Assembly (NCBI GenBank): GCA_051362555.1
Contig: CM120640.1
Location: 67,496,788 to 67,560,787 of the forward strand
DNA: 64,000 nt
Direction of reading: 5' to 3'
Source: Lingula anatina
Lineage: Eukaryota > Animalia > Brachiopoda
In this document: one piece after another, positions 1 to 23,464 of the stretch
Layout of the letters: each line of letters begins with the position of its first letter
How positions within the stretch are numbered: the stretch's first letter is position 1
Translations under genes and position numbers: made by a program
The notes under the pieces: model-generated
Told to the model about the DNA's origin: nothing
The model's database searches: none
The model's input: only the letters and a program-made list of their open reading frames with translations

Positions 1-1
1 A

Positions 2-1162
2 GAGACTAGTTTCTGAGCTATTGGTGCATTTGCTATGAATTTTTTCTTCCAGCCATGATTGTGGACATTGGTCCACCATCCAAAATCTCAATCCATGATT
101 GTCCACATGACCTTGTTTGCTTTGAGATCTTTGTTGATGCATTGTTGGAGTATTTCTACAAGAGCTTTTACGTGCCAGGGAAATCAAAGTAGACAAAGGG
201 TCAACTTGTTTTTTCTGCCTAGCTAAAGAGGACCTATTGGTATTGTTAGTGGACCCAAAGGTGGTGCTGTTACTTTGAGTTTCTGTTAAGTTGTATGCAG
301 ATATAATTACAGATTTCAAGGGGTTATGGGCCTTTGTTAACTGGACAGAGGCTGCGCACACTGTCATATTTTCTGTAGCTCCATAACAGCAGTCATCATA
401 CAGGATGCAAAGAGGGTCACAGTTGCAATGGACCTTGATGCTGCCTTGATGTTGTCCAAGCCTTACACAGAGCCACTGATAAGGTGTAAGAGTTGTGTGT
501 AGGAAAAAATTGGTTTTCTTTGTTTTTTTAGAAGTTTCATTACTGTTGGTCAGTCCTTTTAGCAATGTATCCTCTTGATAGGGCAACTTTGGTGTGACTC
601 CCTCATCCATTGTACCCTTAGTTGTTGGTGACTCTTGCATGACACCTTCCTGCATCTTACCCTCAGTAGTTGGTGACTCTTGTGTGACTCCCTGGTGCAT
701 TCTACCCTCAGTAGTTGGTGACTGTGGTGTGACTCGCTCATGCATTTTACCCAGAGTAGTTGGTGACTCTTGCATGACACCTGCCTGCATTCTACCCTCA
801 GTAGTGGGTGACTCTTGTGTGACTCCCTGGTGCATTCTACCCTTAGTAGTTGGTGACTCTTGTGTGACTCCCTCATGCATATTACCTTCAGTAGTTGGTG
901 ACTCTTGTGTGGTACCTTTGTGCATTCTATGTTCAATAGTGGACAACCCTTGTACAACTGCCGATGGTTCTATTGTGTTTGCTTCTGACATTCGATCAAC
1001 ATATGGTGACTCCGTCCTGATTCCCACAGGTGTCCAAATGTCTAGATTTGGTGACTTTTGTGTGGATCCATCGGATTGACTATTATCTTGAACCATATTG
1101 AGCATGACTGCTGTTGGCTGAACTAGTAACAGTGCACATATAGTGAGGTGTATGATTATCAT
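2..1162 (-). CDS. Secreted or cell-surface protein: signal peptide, mucin-like 15-aa repeats, somatomedin-B-like Cys motif; probably the ectodomain of an SMB-type Methuselah/adhesion-like GPCR; truncated by the window edge
   Basis: Open frame of 387 codons from ATG 1162 to the window edge, absent from the ORF track. It reads MIIIHLTICALLLVQPTAV, then (QESPTTEGRMHQGVT)n, then HCNCDPLCILYDDCC, then FWMVDQCPQSWLEEKIHSKC. The GPCR call is an inference from ectodomain motifs; no TM region lies in the window. Confidence 0.8.
   Translation of the reverse strand, partial: MIIIHLTICALLLVQPTAVMLNMVQDNSQSDGSTQKSPNLDIWTPVGIRTESPYVDRMSEANTIEPSAVVQGLSTIEHRMHKGTTQESPTTEGNMHEGVTQESPTTKGRMHQGVTQESPTTEGRMQAGVMQESPTTLGKMHERVTPQSPTTEGRMHQGVTQESPTTEGKMQEGVMQESPTTKGTMDEGVTPKLPYQEDTLLKGLTNSNETSKKTKKTNFFLHTTLTPYQWLCVRLGQHQGSIKVHCNCDPLCILYDDCCYGATENMTVCAASVQLTKAHNPLKSVIISAYNLTETQSNSTTFGSTNNTNRSSLARQKKQVDPLSTLISLARKSSCRNTPTMHQQRSQSKQGHVDNHGLRFWMVDQCPQSWLEEKIHSKCTNSSETSL
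590..940 (-). repeat. Coding tandem repeat, 45-bp (15-aa) unit, about 7-8 copies
   Basis: GGTGACT recurs at 627, 672, 717, 762, 807, 852 and 897 (period 45); it encodes QESPTTxGxMxxGVx on the minus strand. Confidence 0.95.
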
Positions 1163-1200
1163 GTTTTTTTCTAAATGAAATCTCTGGCAGTGGCACATAG

Positions 1201-1235
1201 AAGTGATGCAGAGCAGTGTTTGCTGAGCTTTTATA
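1201..1235 (-). promoter_or_regulatory. TATA box plus Inr-like element for the SMB-motif gene
   Basis: Minus-strand TATAAAA at 1235-1229 and TCACTT at 1206-1201. TATA-to-+1 spacing is 31 nt, and the ATG is about 40 nt downstream. Confidence 0.55.
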
Positions 1236-1855
1236 CCATTCATTAACTCATATCCTTATTGATACAGATTATTGCTGTAGTTATTAGAAGGAAACACATC
1301 AACAGAATTACAAAATATCCTTCTTTAGAACACTTATTAAGTAGAATTCATCCCAAGCTGTAAATAGGAAGAAGAGTGGCTATAGGTCAACAGGTTATTG
1401 AGGCAGATACATACTAATTTCAAGCAGCTTATGTCTCAAGTTGATCAACCGTTGGATGATAGATAGTTTATGGTAATCTAATGCAGCACCACCAGGGGGA
1501 TTAATTACAATAAATTACAGAAATAAGACAGTATAATACCACTTAGGATAGAATATGATCTCAAAAAGCTGAGAAATTTTGTATTCAAATTATGGTCCTC
1601 TTTGAGTTTGGAAATAAATTTATACATATATTGTACTACATTGTAGCAGTGACTTACACTCAACAACTTGTATGAAAATATATTTCCTTGCTTGTAAATA
1701 AATTTCTTATTATCACTTACATACAGAAAGTTGGAGATACATTTTCAATCAGTGCATATAATTCTAACCTCCCAGGTGCATGCATGTTTCTAATCTAACA
1801 ATCACAACTTACAAATATAGCCAGCTAATTTCTGCAGTTATCTGGGTTGGATATT

Positions 1856-2335
1856 ATCCTGCCAAACCTTAAGTTGTTAATGACCGTTTGCGCAAGTAAA
1901 TGATCATTTCCAAATCTGTTCTTCAATATTTCCTGTGCCTTTGTATAGCAATTGAGGCCACCAATGAGAAAGCGTTAAACCAGACCAGATGTGAAGTGCA
2001 GCAATCGAGACAATTTCATGGAATGGTCACTGACTTTACTTTCAATTATCTCATTAAAAACCACAATGAAAGAATAATGATCAATCTCAGCTCTTGGAAT
2101 GGATAATATATTTAATATTTGATGGTCTACAGAACTTCCCCTTTGTGTTTTATTATAACCAGCACCTTTCAAGAATGACAAACCTAGTTTTACAGATTTG
2201 ATAAAATTCTGTTCAATGGCCTTATAACAGTGTTCACTCTCGCCCAAGTCATTTTTGTTGACAAGTTCTGCCTGATGTTTAAAACATTGAGTAATACCTC
2301 TATGTCTTTCCCAAAATTTAAACAAACATGAAGCC
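1856..2335 (-). mobile_element. Degenerate BEL/Pao LTR-retrotransposon gag fragment (partial second copy about 2704-3050)
   Basis: Minus-strand translation across frameshifts: SIPRAEID...FIVVFNEIIESKVSDHSMKLSRLLHFTSG...LIGG...YTKAQEILKNRFGNDHLLAQTVINNL. This resembles the Pao gag (DUF1759-like) pattern as I recall it. Confidence 0.65.
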
Positions 2336-3419
2336 TTTCTTTATGCCATAAGTTTTTGTATGCACAAAATGCTATAAACTGGTTCTCCTCTAATGAGATG
2401 GCAGCGAACCCTGAAAAATTTCAAGCTATTTTTATTGGCAAAACATGAGTCAACCACAGTAATGAGCAACTATCTTTCACTGGAAAATTGGTGAAAACAG
2501 AACCTTGGGTTAAGCTCCTTGGGATTTACTTTGACTCAAGACTGACTTTCAACAAACACATCTCAGAATTATGTTCTAAAACAGCATGTCAATTAAATAC
2601 TCTGAAAAGGCTTTCAGCTCATCTAGATGTCCCCAGTCGGCTTGCCATTTTCAGGCACTTCACATTATCAAAATTTAATTATTGCCCGTTAGTATGGCAC
2701 TTTTGAAGTGCAGCAATCGAGACATTTTCATGGAATGGTCACTGACTTTACTTTCAATTATCTCATCAAAAACCACAATGAAAGAATAATAATCAATCTC
2801 AGCTCTTGGAATGGATAATATATTTAATATTTGATGGTCTACAGAACTTCCCCTTTGTGTTTTATTATAACCAGCACCTTTCAAGAATGACAAACCTAGT
2901 TTTACAGATTTGATAAAATTCTGTTCAATGGCCTTATAACAATGTTCACTCTCGTCCAAGTCATTTTTGTTGACAAATTCTGCCTGATGTTTAAAACACT
3001 GAGGAATACCTCTATGTATGTCTTTCCCAAAATTTAAACAAACATGAAGCCTCTCTTAATGCCATAAGTCTTTGTATGCACAAAATGCTATAAACTGGTT
3101 CTCCTCAAATGAGATGGCAGTGAACCCTGAAAAATTTCAAGCTATTTTTATTGGCAAAACATGAGTCGACCACAGTAATGAGCAACTATCTTTCAATGGA
3201 AAATTGCTGAAAACAGAACCTTGGGTCAAGCTCCTTGGGATTTACTTTGACTCAAGACTGACTTTCAACAAACACATCTCAGAATTATGTTCTAAAACAG
3301 CATGTCAATTAAATACTCTGAAAAGGCTTTCAGCTCATCTAGATGTCCCCAGTCGGCTTGCCATTTTCAGGCACTTTACATTATCAAACTTTAATTATTG
3401 TCCGTTAGTATGGCACTTT
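1992..3419 (+). repeat. Tandem duplication of about 712 bp (1992-2703 / 2704-3419) joining gag and LINE fragments
   Basis: TGAAGTGCAGCAATCGAGACA...GTATGGCACTTT occurs twice, with scattered substitutions and small indels such as an extra TATG near 3015. Confidence 0.95.
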
Positions 3420-4235
3420 TGTGGTGAGGGAAATATGAAAAAATCAGAAAAGATACAGGAAAGGGGTCTAAGATTTGTCTACGACAACCACACAAGCAGT
3501 TACGATGAGCTTTTAAATATGTCAGGCCTCAACACTCTGCACTTACAACAGGCTACGTATGCTTGCACTTGAGGTTTACAAAGCTATACATGGACTTGCA
3601 CCTTCCTACATCTCCGACCTTTTCCAGGAAAGAATAACAAGCTACAAACTTAGAGGAGAAAAGACTCTAAATATACCCAGATTTAATACAATGACATACG
3701 GCAAAAAATCCTTATCATATCTTGGGCCAAAAATATGGAATGATCTCTCAAATGACTTAAAGCAAAGCATCAATTCAAATGAGTTTAAATCACTTTTAAG
3801 GCTTTGGGAAGGACCCAAATGCATTGTAGCCTGTGTAACCTATATGCTTTTAGTGAAACTGTGTAATAATATGAAATATTTATATTATTTTGTATATCTG
3901 TACCAGTGAGCATTTGTATGTAGAATTGTCTGTTTTTCACAATTGATCTAAGTATAGCATTTTGCACATTTCCCATAGAAAGATTTTTTTTTCAATTATT
4001 ATCTTAATAGATTACATGTGTTTCTGGTATACTCTTTGTAGAATGTTCTTCATATGTTTTGTATACGCTTTGTAGAAAGATTTTCCTTTTAATATCTTAC
4101 TAGACTTCATGTGTAAATATTGCATTATTGTAGATATGTTTTTGTCCTTACCCAGTCGGCGAATAGCCGTAAAGCTAATGTTTCCTTTCAATTTATACCC
4201 GACATGAAATAAAATTCATTGTATTGTATTGTATA
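3078..4235 (+). mobile_element. 5'-truncated CR1/L2-group LINE (RT C-terminus, 3' UTR, tail); partial copy at about 2360-2703
   Basis: NWFSSNEMAVNPEKFQ, KLLGIYFDSRLTFNKHISELC, NYCPLVWHFC, YGKKSLSYLGPKIWNDL, with stops and frameshifts. Ends in AATAAA followed by (ATTGT)n at about 4208-4233. Confidence 0.85.
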
Positions 4236-4379
4236 CTCACATTTTTAAAATTAAGTGCCCTACATGCATATGTTGACATAACTAAAAGTCCATGACATAA
4301 TCTAAAGTTTCTAGGACTTGCAAAGAATGCTTATCTTCGACAATCTCATTTCTGTTGACTTTGTGTGTCCTCGAGATGT

Positions 4380-4582
4380 TCCTCTGCACTGGTCCCCAGT
4401 TCGGGCTAGATTTATTTAAAATAATTATTTTAGTTTTTACATGTGCTGCATTTTATAATCTAGCTCCATCTTATGTTACTGATTTGGTTAAACATAATAA
4501 CCCTAAAAGAACCTGGAGGCCTGGTAACAACCTTTTACTGGGAACTCCCAAAACTATAGGTTAAAAACATATGGTGAGATAC

Positions 4583-4590
<8 letters not shown>
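4380..4590 (+). mobile_element. Old L2/CR1-type LINE 3' fragment
   Basis: Degenerate LHW.PV..., FKIIILVF...NLAPSYVTDL...LLGTPK...LKTYG motifs. Confidence 0.55.
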
Positions 4591-4614
<24 letters not shown>

Positions 4615-5769
4615 TAATCCTATTTTTAAACATGTTGTAAAATCTAATGAACATTTTATGGATTTTAGACTTAAAATAGATATTATTAGTATTATAAAAT
4701 GATGCTGGCCATGGAATAACATGTAGAACTAGAAGAAAGAGATCATGGCTAGGGCCAGAGGGTTCCTGTACAGGTAGGAAATAAAACCAACTCAGATGTT
4801 ACTCAGTGAAACATGTATTCTTTCGTAAAATCACCAAACTGCTTATGGCGTTTTTCATCATTTCCTAATCATGAAAGGTGTTATATTCAATTCTCACATG
4901 TTTATATTACTTGCATTATTACCCAGTGGGTTAATATGATGGTTATTGCACATGATTATGAATGACAGAAATAGTTGAATGAATAAAACATGACAGAGAT
5001 GAGGAAGATCTTATTTGATGCAGTGCATTGTTCCCTATTTAGGTTGTCAAACTGCTTATTGCATTTCTCATCAAATTTTATGTCATAATCAAGAAATTGT
5101 TATACTCAATTTTCACTTGGTTATATTACATGTACTGGCATTATTACATCTCCCCAGTAGCTAAAGAGGATTGCAGCTATGTACAATCTAGTTCAAAAAT
5201 AGTTAATGACTTGAGCAATAAGGAAAGCAAAGGTACTTATACATGTAAGTTCCCCAATTAAAAATTTTTTTTCTAACACAAATAGATTAAATGGATTATG
5301 CCGAGTGAAATTTTTTGCAAGTAATAGTTTACTGGAGGTTGGTAGGATATGCTGATGTGATCTGCCAATATGTACTGCACATTGCCAAAATATATAGGTA
5401 CCAGTACAACGTACTGGTACATCTCAAATGTGTTTTATTTAATAATTCTTCTTATAACTGATAGAATAGCACTTTGTTATAATTTGAAAATTATTCTCAA
5501 AAGGAGCACCAAAATAATTATTAGAAATTTAAAGTAAGAATTTGAGAGATATGATGCCTTAGAAGGTATAAGTTTTGATGAGAATTTTTCAGTGTGGAAG
5601 TGGCTATTTTCACCAATGCATATGTATATTTTTCCACTTTGATAATTCTTTTTGTTAGTACTCTCTCACAGTGATAATGTATTTTTAGACTATAATGTGT
5701 AAACAAAGAAATTATTATAATTTTATACATTTTTAGACCCCAGAAGGAGACATTCTTTAAGAAACACCA

Positions 5770-18409
<12,640 letters not shown>

Positions 18410-21097
18410 GGATGCATGGCTAGTGTTCTTGAAAAGATTATTATGTGAATGAACGGGGATTGTTGAAAGAACTTGTCTGTCATGTATGGATGGTCCACAA
18501 ATGTACAAGAAAGACAGCCTGAAGTAGCAGTACAGAAAGATGCCTAGTTATCAGTTGAGAATATTTATGTATGATAAAGAATATCAGAATGATCTTTTAC
18601 TGTTGGTGTCCATGCAGTGATTATTTCAACCGAATTTTTGTTTATTTATTCAGATGTTTTTCACTGTTTATTGAGATAGTATTTTGCAAGATTGACATCT
18701 GCGTGAAACTAGTTTCTAAGTCAAAAATTTTCAATATATTCCATCCAACTTTTTTTCTGCTGGAATGTTTTGATTAAAAACGGTGGAAGCCAATTATTTC
18801 TGTATCTTCTTTTGTTTGTTTGTTCTTTTATCTTTTAGATACAATGAGAGCTTGTCATTTTCGTATTTACGATTTCAGTATCAAATTATGGACAGGTGTA
18901 CCATGTTTTGCCATCTTTCAGTGTTCCAGGTATTCTTGACCGCCTACCTTAATCTTGTTTTTCATGCCCTACGATTACCTTCTACCAGGGACGCAGATTT
19001 ATTATGTGTGTTTTTTCTCCAACGCAGACAAGGGGCATGAATTAACCATATCTTTAAATATCATCAATCTGTGGCCCTGGTAGATGGTACGATTATATGC
19101 ATATTGTGCTTTAAACAGACACGGCGAGTGCCTCATCGCCTTCACTATGGCCGTTTCCATCACCACCCGTCACATGTTGCTCAGTATATAACTGCCAAAC
19201 CATATTTTTGTTTACTTTGACTTTACTTGGAGTCAAAACTCGCGTCGGTGATAATACGGAGTTTACGAAGGCGTTTACGGTTAAAAGGACGGATCGACCA
19301 TCTTCGGTCCACAACGTGGCGATTTTGTTTATCCCTGGTTAAGATAGACTGGCGTTGTGTGTGTAAAAAATAAGTTTTTTTTAGGGAACTTCTGGCCGTC
19401 GCGAGGCCCAAAAATGAAATAGCATAACCTAGCGGGTGCAATCCCTGACTATAATAACATATAAACCGAATAAATAAAAATACGTAATGGAGCCAGACGT
19501 TCATTACACGCGCAACAAAGCTTAACACACACACTTGGAGTGGATTGCATTTGTCTTCGGGATTGAAATATTACAGCGACATGTAAAACGTTTTGCATCT
19601 TTTGTGACAACTCAAACTGTTGGAGAAAGAGTTACTTTAGCATTGTGTTTATACAAATATATCGAGATAGAGATCGCTGAAATGAAAGAACTTTCAATGA
19701 AAGATTCTTTGAACCTGAATGAGTCCACACGAATATATGTGCAAGTGTGATGTGTGAAACGGCTGTGTGCGTTTAATTCCAAATAGAAACAGAACTTTGT
19801 TGCCGTGGATAAATTTTCAAGGGTTATCAACCTCTAGCAGCTCTCAGTATCTCAAACAAACGACTAAGGTGGTCTGGGCAACAATAACTTTTGACCCAAC
19901 CCATATTTTGCACTTAGATGTTGTTTTGACACACCGTTCTTTAATAGCACTCTTCTGCCTTGTAATGAACCTACGTTTGTTATGATGTCATACATTTACG
20001 CACTTCATGTTACATTCAGCATGGACAAATAGCGAATAAATTGTTCATGAATAAAGAATTACTTGTGCATAGTAATTATTATTATAATTAATATTATTAT
20101 TGTGAAGGTAGACTATTTTGAATTATAGAAACACGCACATCATACAGAGGCAGATGGAGGCAGTCTTCTGGTCTTCCAAAAGACGGTTAACAATAATATC
20201 TCTAATCTTATTTCTTCTTTCGGAAGATGGTCAAAAAAGGAGGATGGATCAAAAAATTAATTTAGAATGCTGTCAGAAAATATCTCTGGATCCGCCCCTG
20301 TCATATATAAAATATATCAAATTCCATGAAATGCCCTTCACTTCGAACATTTTCCAAATGTGAAACGCTTTATGTGAACACTTTATGCTCTTCATGGGGT
20401 GCAGAAGCGCTAAAGAGGCCACTCATCTGCGTAACTCCTTGCCTTCTGCCCTAAGTGGAGTGGGAGAAGGTGTTGCTGTCTATCCCTCTTCATAGAACAC
20501 TTCACGTACCGCTGTTACTTACAGTGAAAACAAAACGAGGGGAATTTTTACGTAATTTTATATGAAACTGTTCATGATTAGAGATATTAATCTTTTCCTT
20601 AAACAGCTTGATTTTAACAAGCCATTCTGAAAATGCATAAATATCCCTTTTCTAAACAAATCTGCCTGTTGGATTCTTTTAAAATTTACATTTGCTATTA
20701 AAATGTTAGAAGGTAAGTTTGAAAACCAACCAACGGCTATTTGAATGAAATTGCTCGGCAATATAGATATTTGTATAACTTTAGTATATTAGAATCATGT
20801 ATATATAAATGATTTATCAGATAAATTACGTCATTTTGATCGACATAAAGCTTCACGATTTACGATGGGTTGGTTTAAAGAACGGGGGAGGGGGAAATAT
20901 GCATATTACAGAGTGTCTGTCCTCCAATTGGATTCATACAGGTTAGGGACAGTATGACCTGAATGGGTCAAAATCTAGGACTAGGTCTACCTGTACAAAC
21001 CAACAGAAACCAGACAGTGCGTCATCCTCAAAGCCAGACCGAAATTGCCAATGGGGCAGATTTAACCCTTATTACGATCTCTCTTGGGCTAAACTAA

Positions 21098-21352
21098 GAG
21101 CCCGTTCCCATAACTAGATCGATCTAGCATGATCGACCCACCTCCAAGGGGTTTCTCACTAAATTGCATTTAGCTTAAGCGGCTGTGATGTCTGGCTCGC
21201 CTTATGAAGCTGTTAGGAAGTAATTAACTGTCGTTTAGAAGCTTCAATAGGCGTGTCAGACATCTAAGCCACTAAGCTGAATGTAATTTAGCGAGAAACC
21301 CCTCTTAGATGGGTCAATCCTGCTAGATCGATCAGGTATGGGAATGGGGTCT
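21098..21352. mobile_element. Palindromic hairpin-type MITE, related to the copy at about 54940-55190
   Basis: Arms of about 110 bp: TTCCCATAACTAGATCGATCTAGCATGATCGACCCA...GGGGTTTCTCACTAAATT versus AATTTAGCGAGAAACCCC...TGGGTCAATCCTGCTAGATCGATCAGGTATGGGAA. Confidence 0.75.
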
Positions 21353-22856
21353 AAGTAATAATTTAATTTCTCTAAAAGCACCCATGACCACGTTTTACCA
21401 CATGTTGGTTTTTTTTCGTTTTCATATTTGAAATGTAATAACATAACACTTATCTTTCTCCAGTGTGTGAGAGAGCAGGCGGTCATCAAGTTTGCAGGCT
21501 ATTCACTTTAACGACTACTTTAAACAAGTTAATAAACAAATTACAAAACTAAAGTATAAGTACTTCTACATAAAGTATTTCATAGTTAGAGACAAAATAC
21601 GAGTATGTTTGCAAGAAAAAATATAAAAAATGGGCTGGTAGGGATTTCAATCTACACATTCCCTTTCCATTCACAAACATTCAGTTTGAACGCCTTGCAC
21701 TGACGCTGAAGATACATAATAAAGTTCGCTAGATTAAATATAAAAATATTTTGTGTCAAAACAGTGTCAAAACGGGGCAAAGTAATTTGCAAACTGTTGC
21801 GTCGCTCTGTGTCAAAAGCAAACAAAACCGTGCGATACACTCATATAATAAGAAATCAGCAGATCGAAAGCCTTACAAAAGAGGACAAAAAGTTATTCCA
21901 ACAGATTTAGTATAATCAGACACGTATTCACTTGGTTGATATTGTTTCCGGGGCAGAAGTGCACTCATTTCGTGATCAAGCAATACTTATCACATAGATA
22001 TATAAACATTTATTAACTAATTTAATTGTGTTCCAGATTTTTCTTAACTCCATATTTCAATAAAAAATAATCGTTTTGAAGATTATTATTAAAGATTACA
22101 GTGTGGAAATTAATCTTGTTTTTATTAAAGTGTTTAGTCTATACTCCATTTATCCCGCCATAATTTTTTCTATTATATTTATCATCTTTTTTTTTAATTC
22201 ACAAAGCGCTTTACTGTTTTTATGGTCTGTTCTATTTTTTGTCAGAATTTCAAAATTTTTCTGTTAATTTATTTATTTATTTTTTGTTTGTTTATTAAAA
22301 TTTTGCGATTTTTTAAAAGCAAAATATAAAGGGTTCGTTGATTGTCATTTTTTAAAATTGAAATACCCTTAATTGTACTTAAATATGTCTTATCTTAAAC
22401 ATATAACACGCTGTTAATAAACAAATGAAATTATAAATTACACACTGAGAAAAATCGATCAGGACGACGGAAAAATAGCAATTACATTTGGGTAACACGT
22501 TGTGAACAAATTAAAACAAATTTAATCGGTCGCTGAAGCTCTATCGAAATCTGTTCCACAAAGTAAACGGCATTAGTACCCCCGTATCTTTCGGTTAGTT
22601 TATTGTCATTTCAGCGTCGATTTGGAACTAAGTCCTAATTATAAAGAAAATCGATCACAAAAGCCCTCTATCTCAATTAGGCACTGAATGACTGAATAAC
22701 AGAGTGTGTTGATTCAGTTGCATTTTGTCAACTGCCTTCGTAGCTCATGATCAACATCTCGGTTTATTAGACATAGACGGTAAATGCAGGTGCTTTTACA
22801 ACTAACAACAATCTGACATTGCTTCCTTACGAAATATGCAGTTTTTCTAGCATTCA

Positions 22857-22897
<41 letters not shown>

Positions 22898-23464
22898 TTA
22901 ACACACCGGTAGGTCTAAAATGAAGAAGCAAGCTTTACAAGTGTCCTTTGTAAATTTATCTAAATGACTAAATTTCAATGTAAATAGATACAGGAAATAT
23001 ACAAACCATGCTACTATTGAAAACTGAACGCAGCTTACATATATTTGATCACAAATAATCACCCGTAAAGGGGCTTTGTCAGTGCAAACATGGGGAGGAA
23101 TCACAACAAAACACCCCACGTTCAACGAGCACTTTTATCAATGAGCAGTTCATCGTCGGAGAACGATACATATGTAATTGTTGCTGGTAGCATTTCTACA
23201 ACGGCGCTTACAAACAATCTAAGCCCATTACATTTTGACAACTACAAAAGCACAAAGTAAACATATCACAGTTAATGAAATTGACACAAAATCCTAAGTA
23301 AACATTCAAAAAAGCATCAAAAGAAAAATGACAATATGGCTTCAATAAAAATAATGGCTACACTGTAAATAATACTTGACATCGTTCAAACACATCATTA
23401 AACTTCTCGTGCTGAAGGGAGGCATTGTTCACTATTAACCTAGCCGAGACCTAAACGATATTAA

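Noticed and set aside
559-1079. ORF-track proteins 559..957(-) and 594..1079(+)
   Set aside because: Shadow frames of the 45-bp repeat. The frame from ATG 1162 is longer and has a signal peptide and Cys motif.
4727-4773. Possible upstream coding exon ATGGCTAGG...CAG|GTAGGA for MAN2C1
   Set aside because: Splicing to either acceptor near 5736 or 5743 is out of frame with the ATG at 5770.
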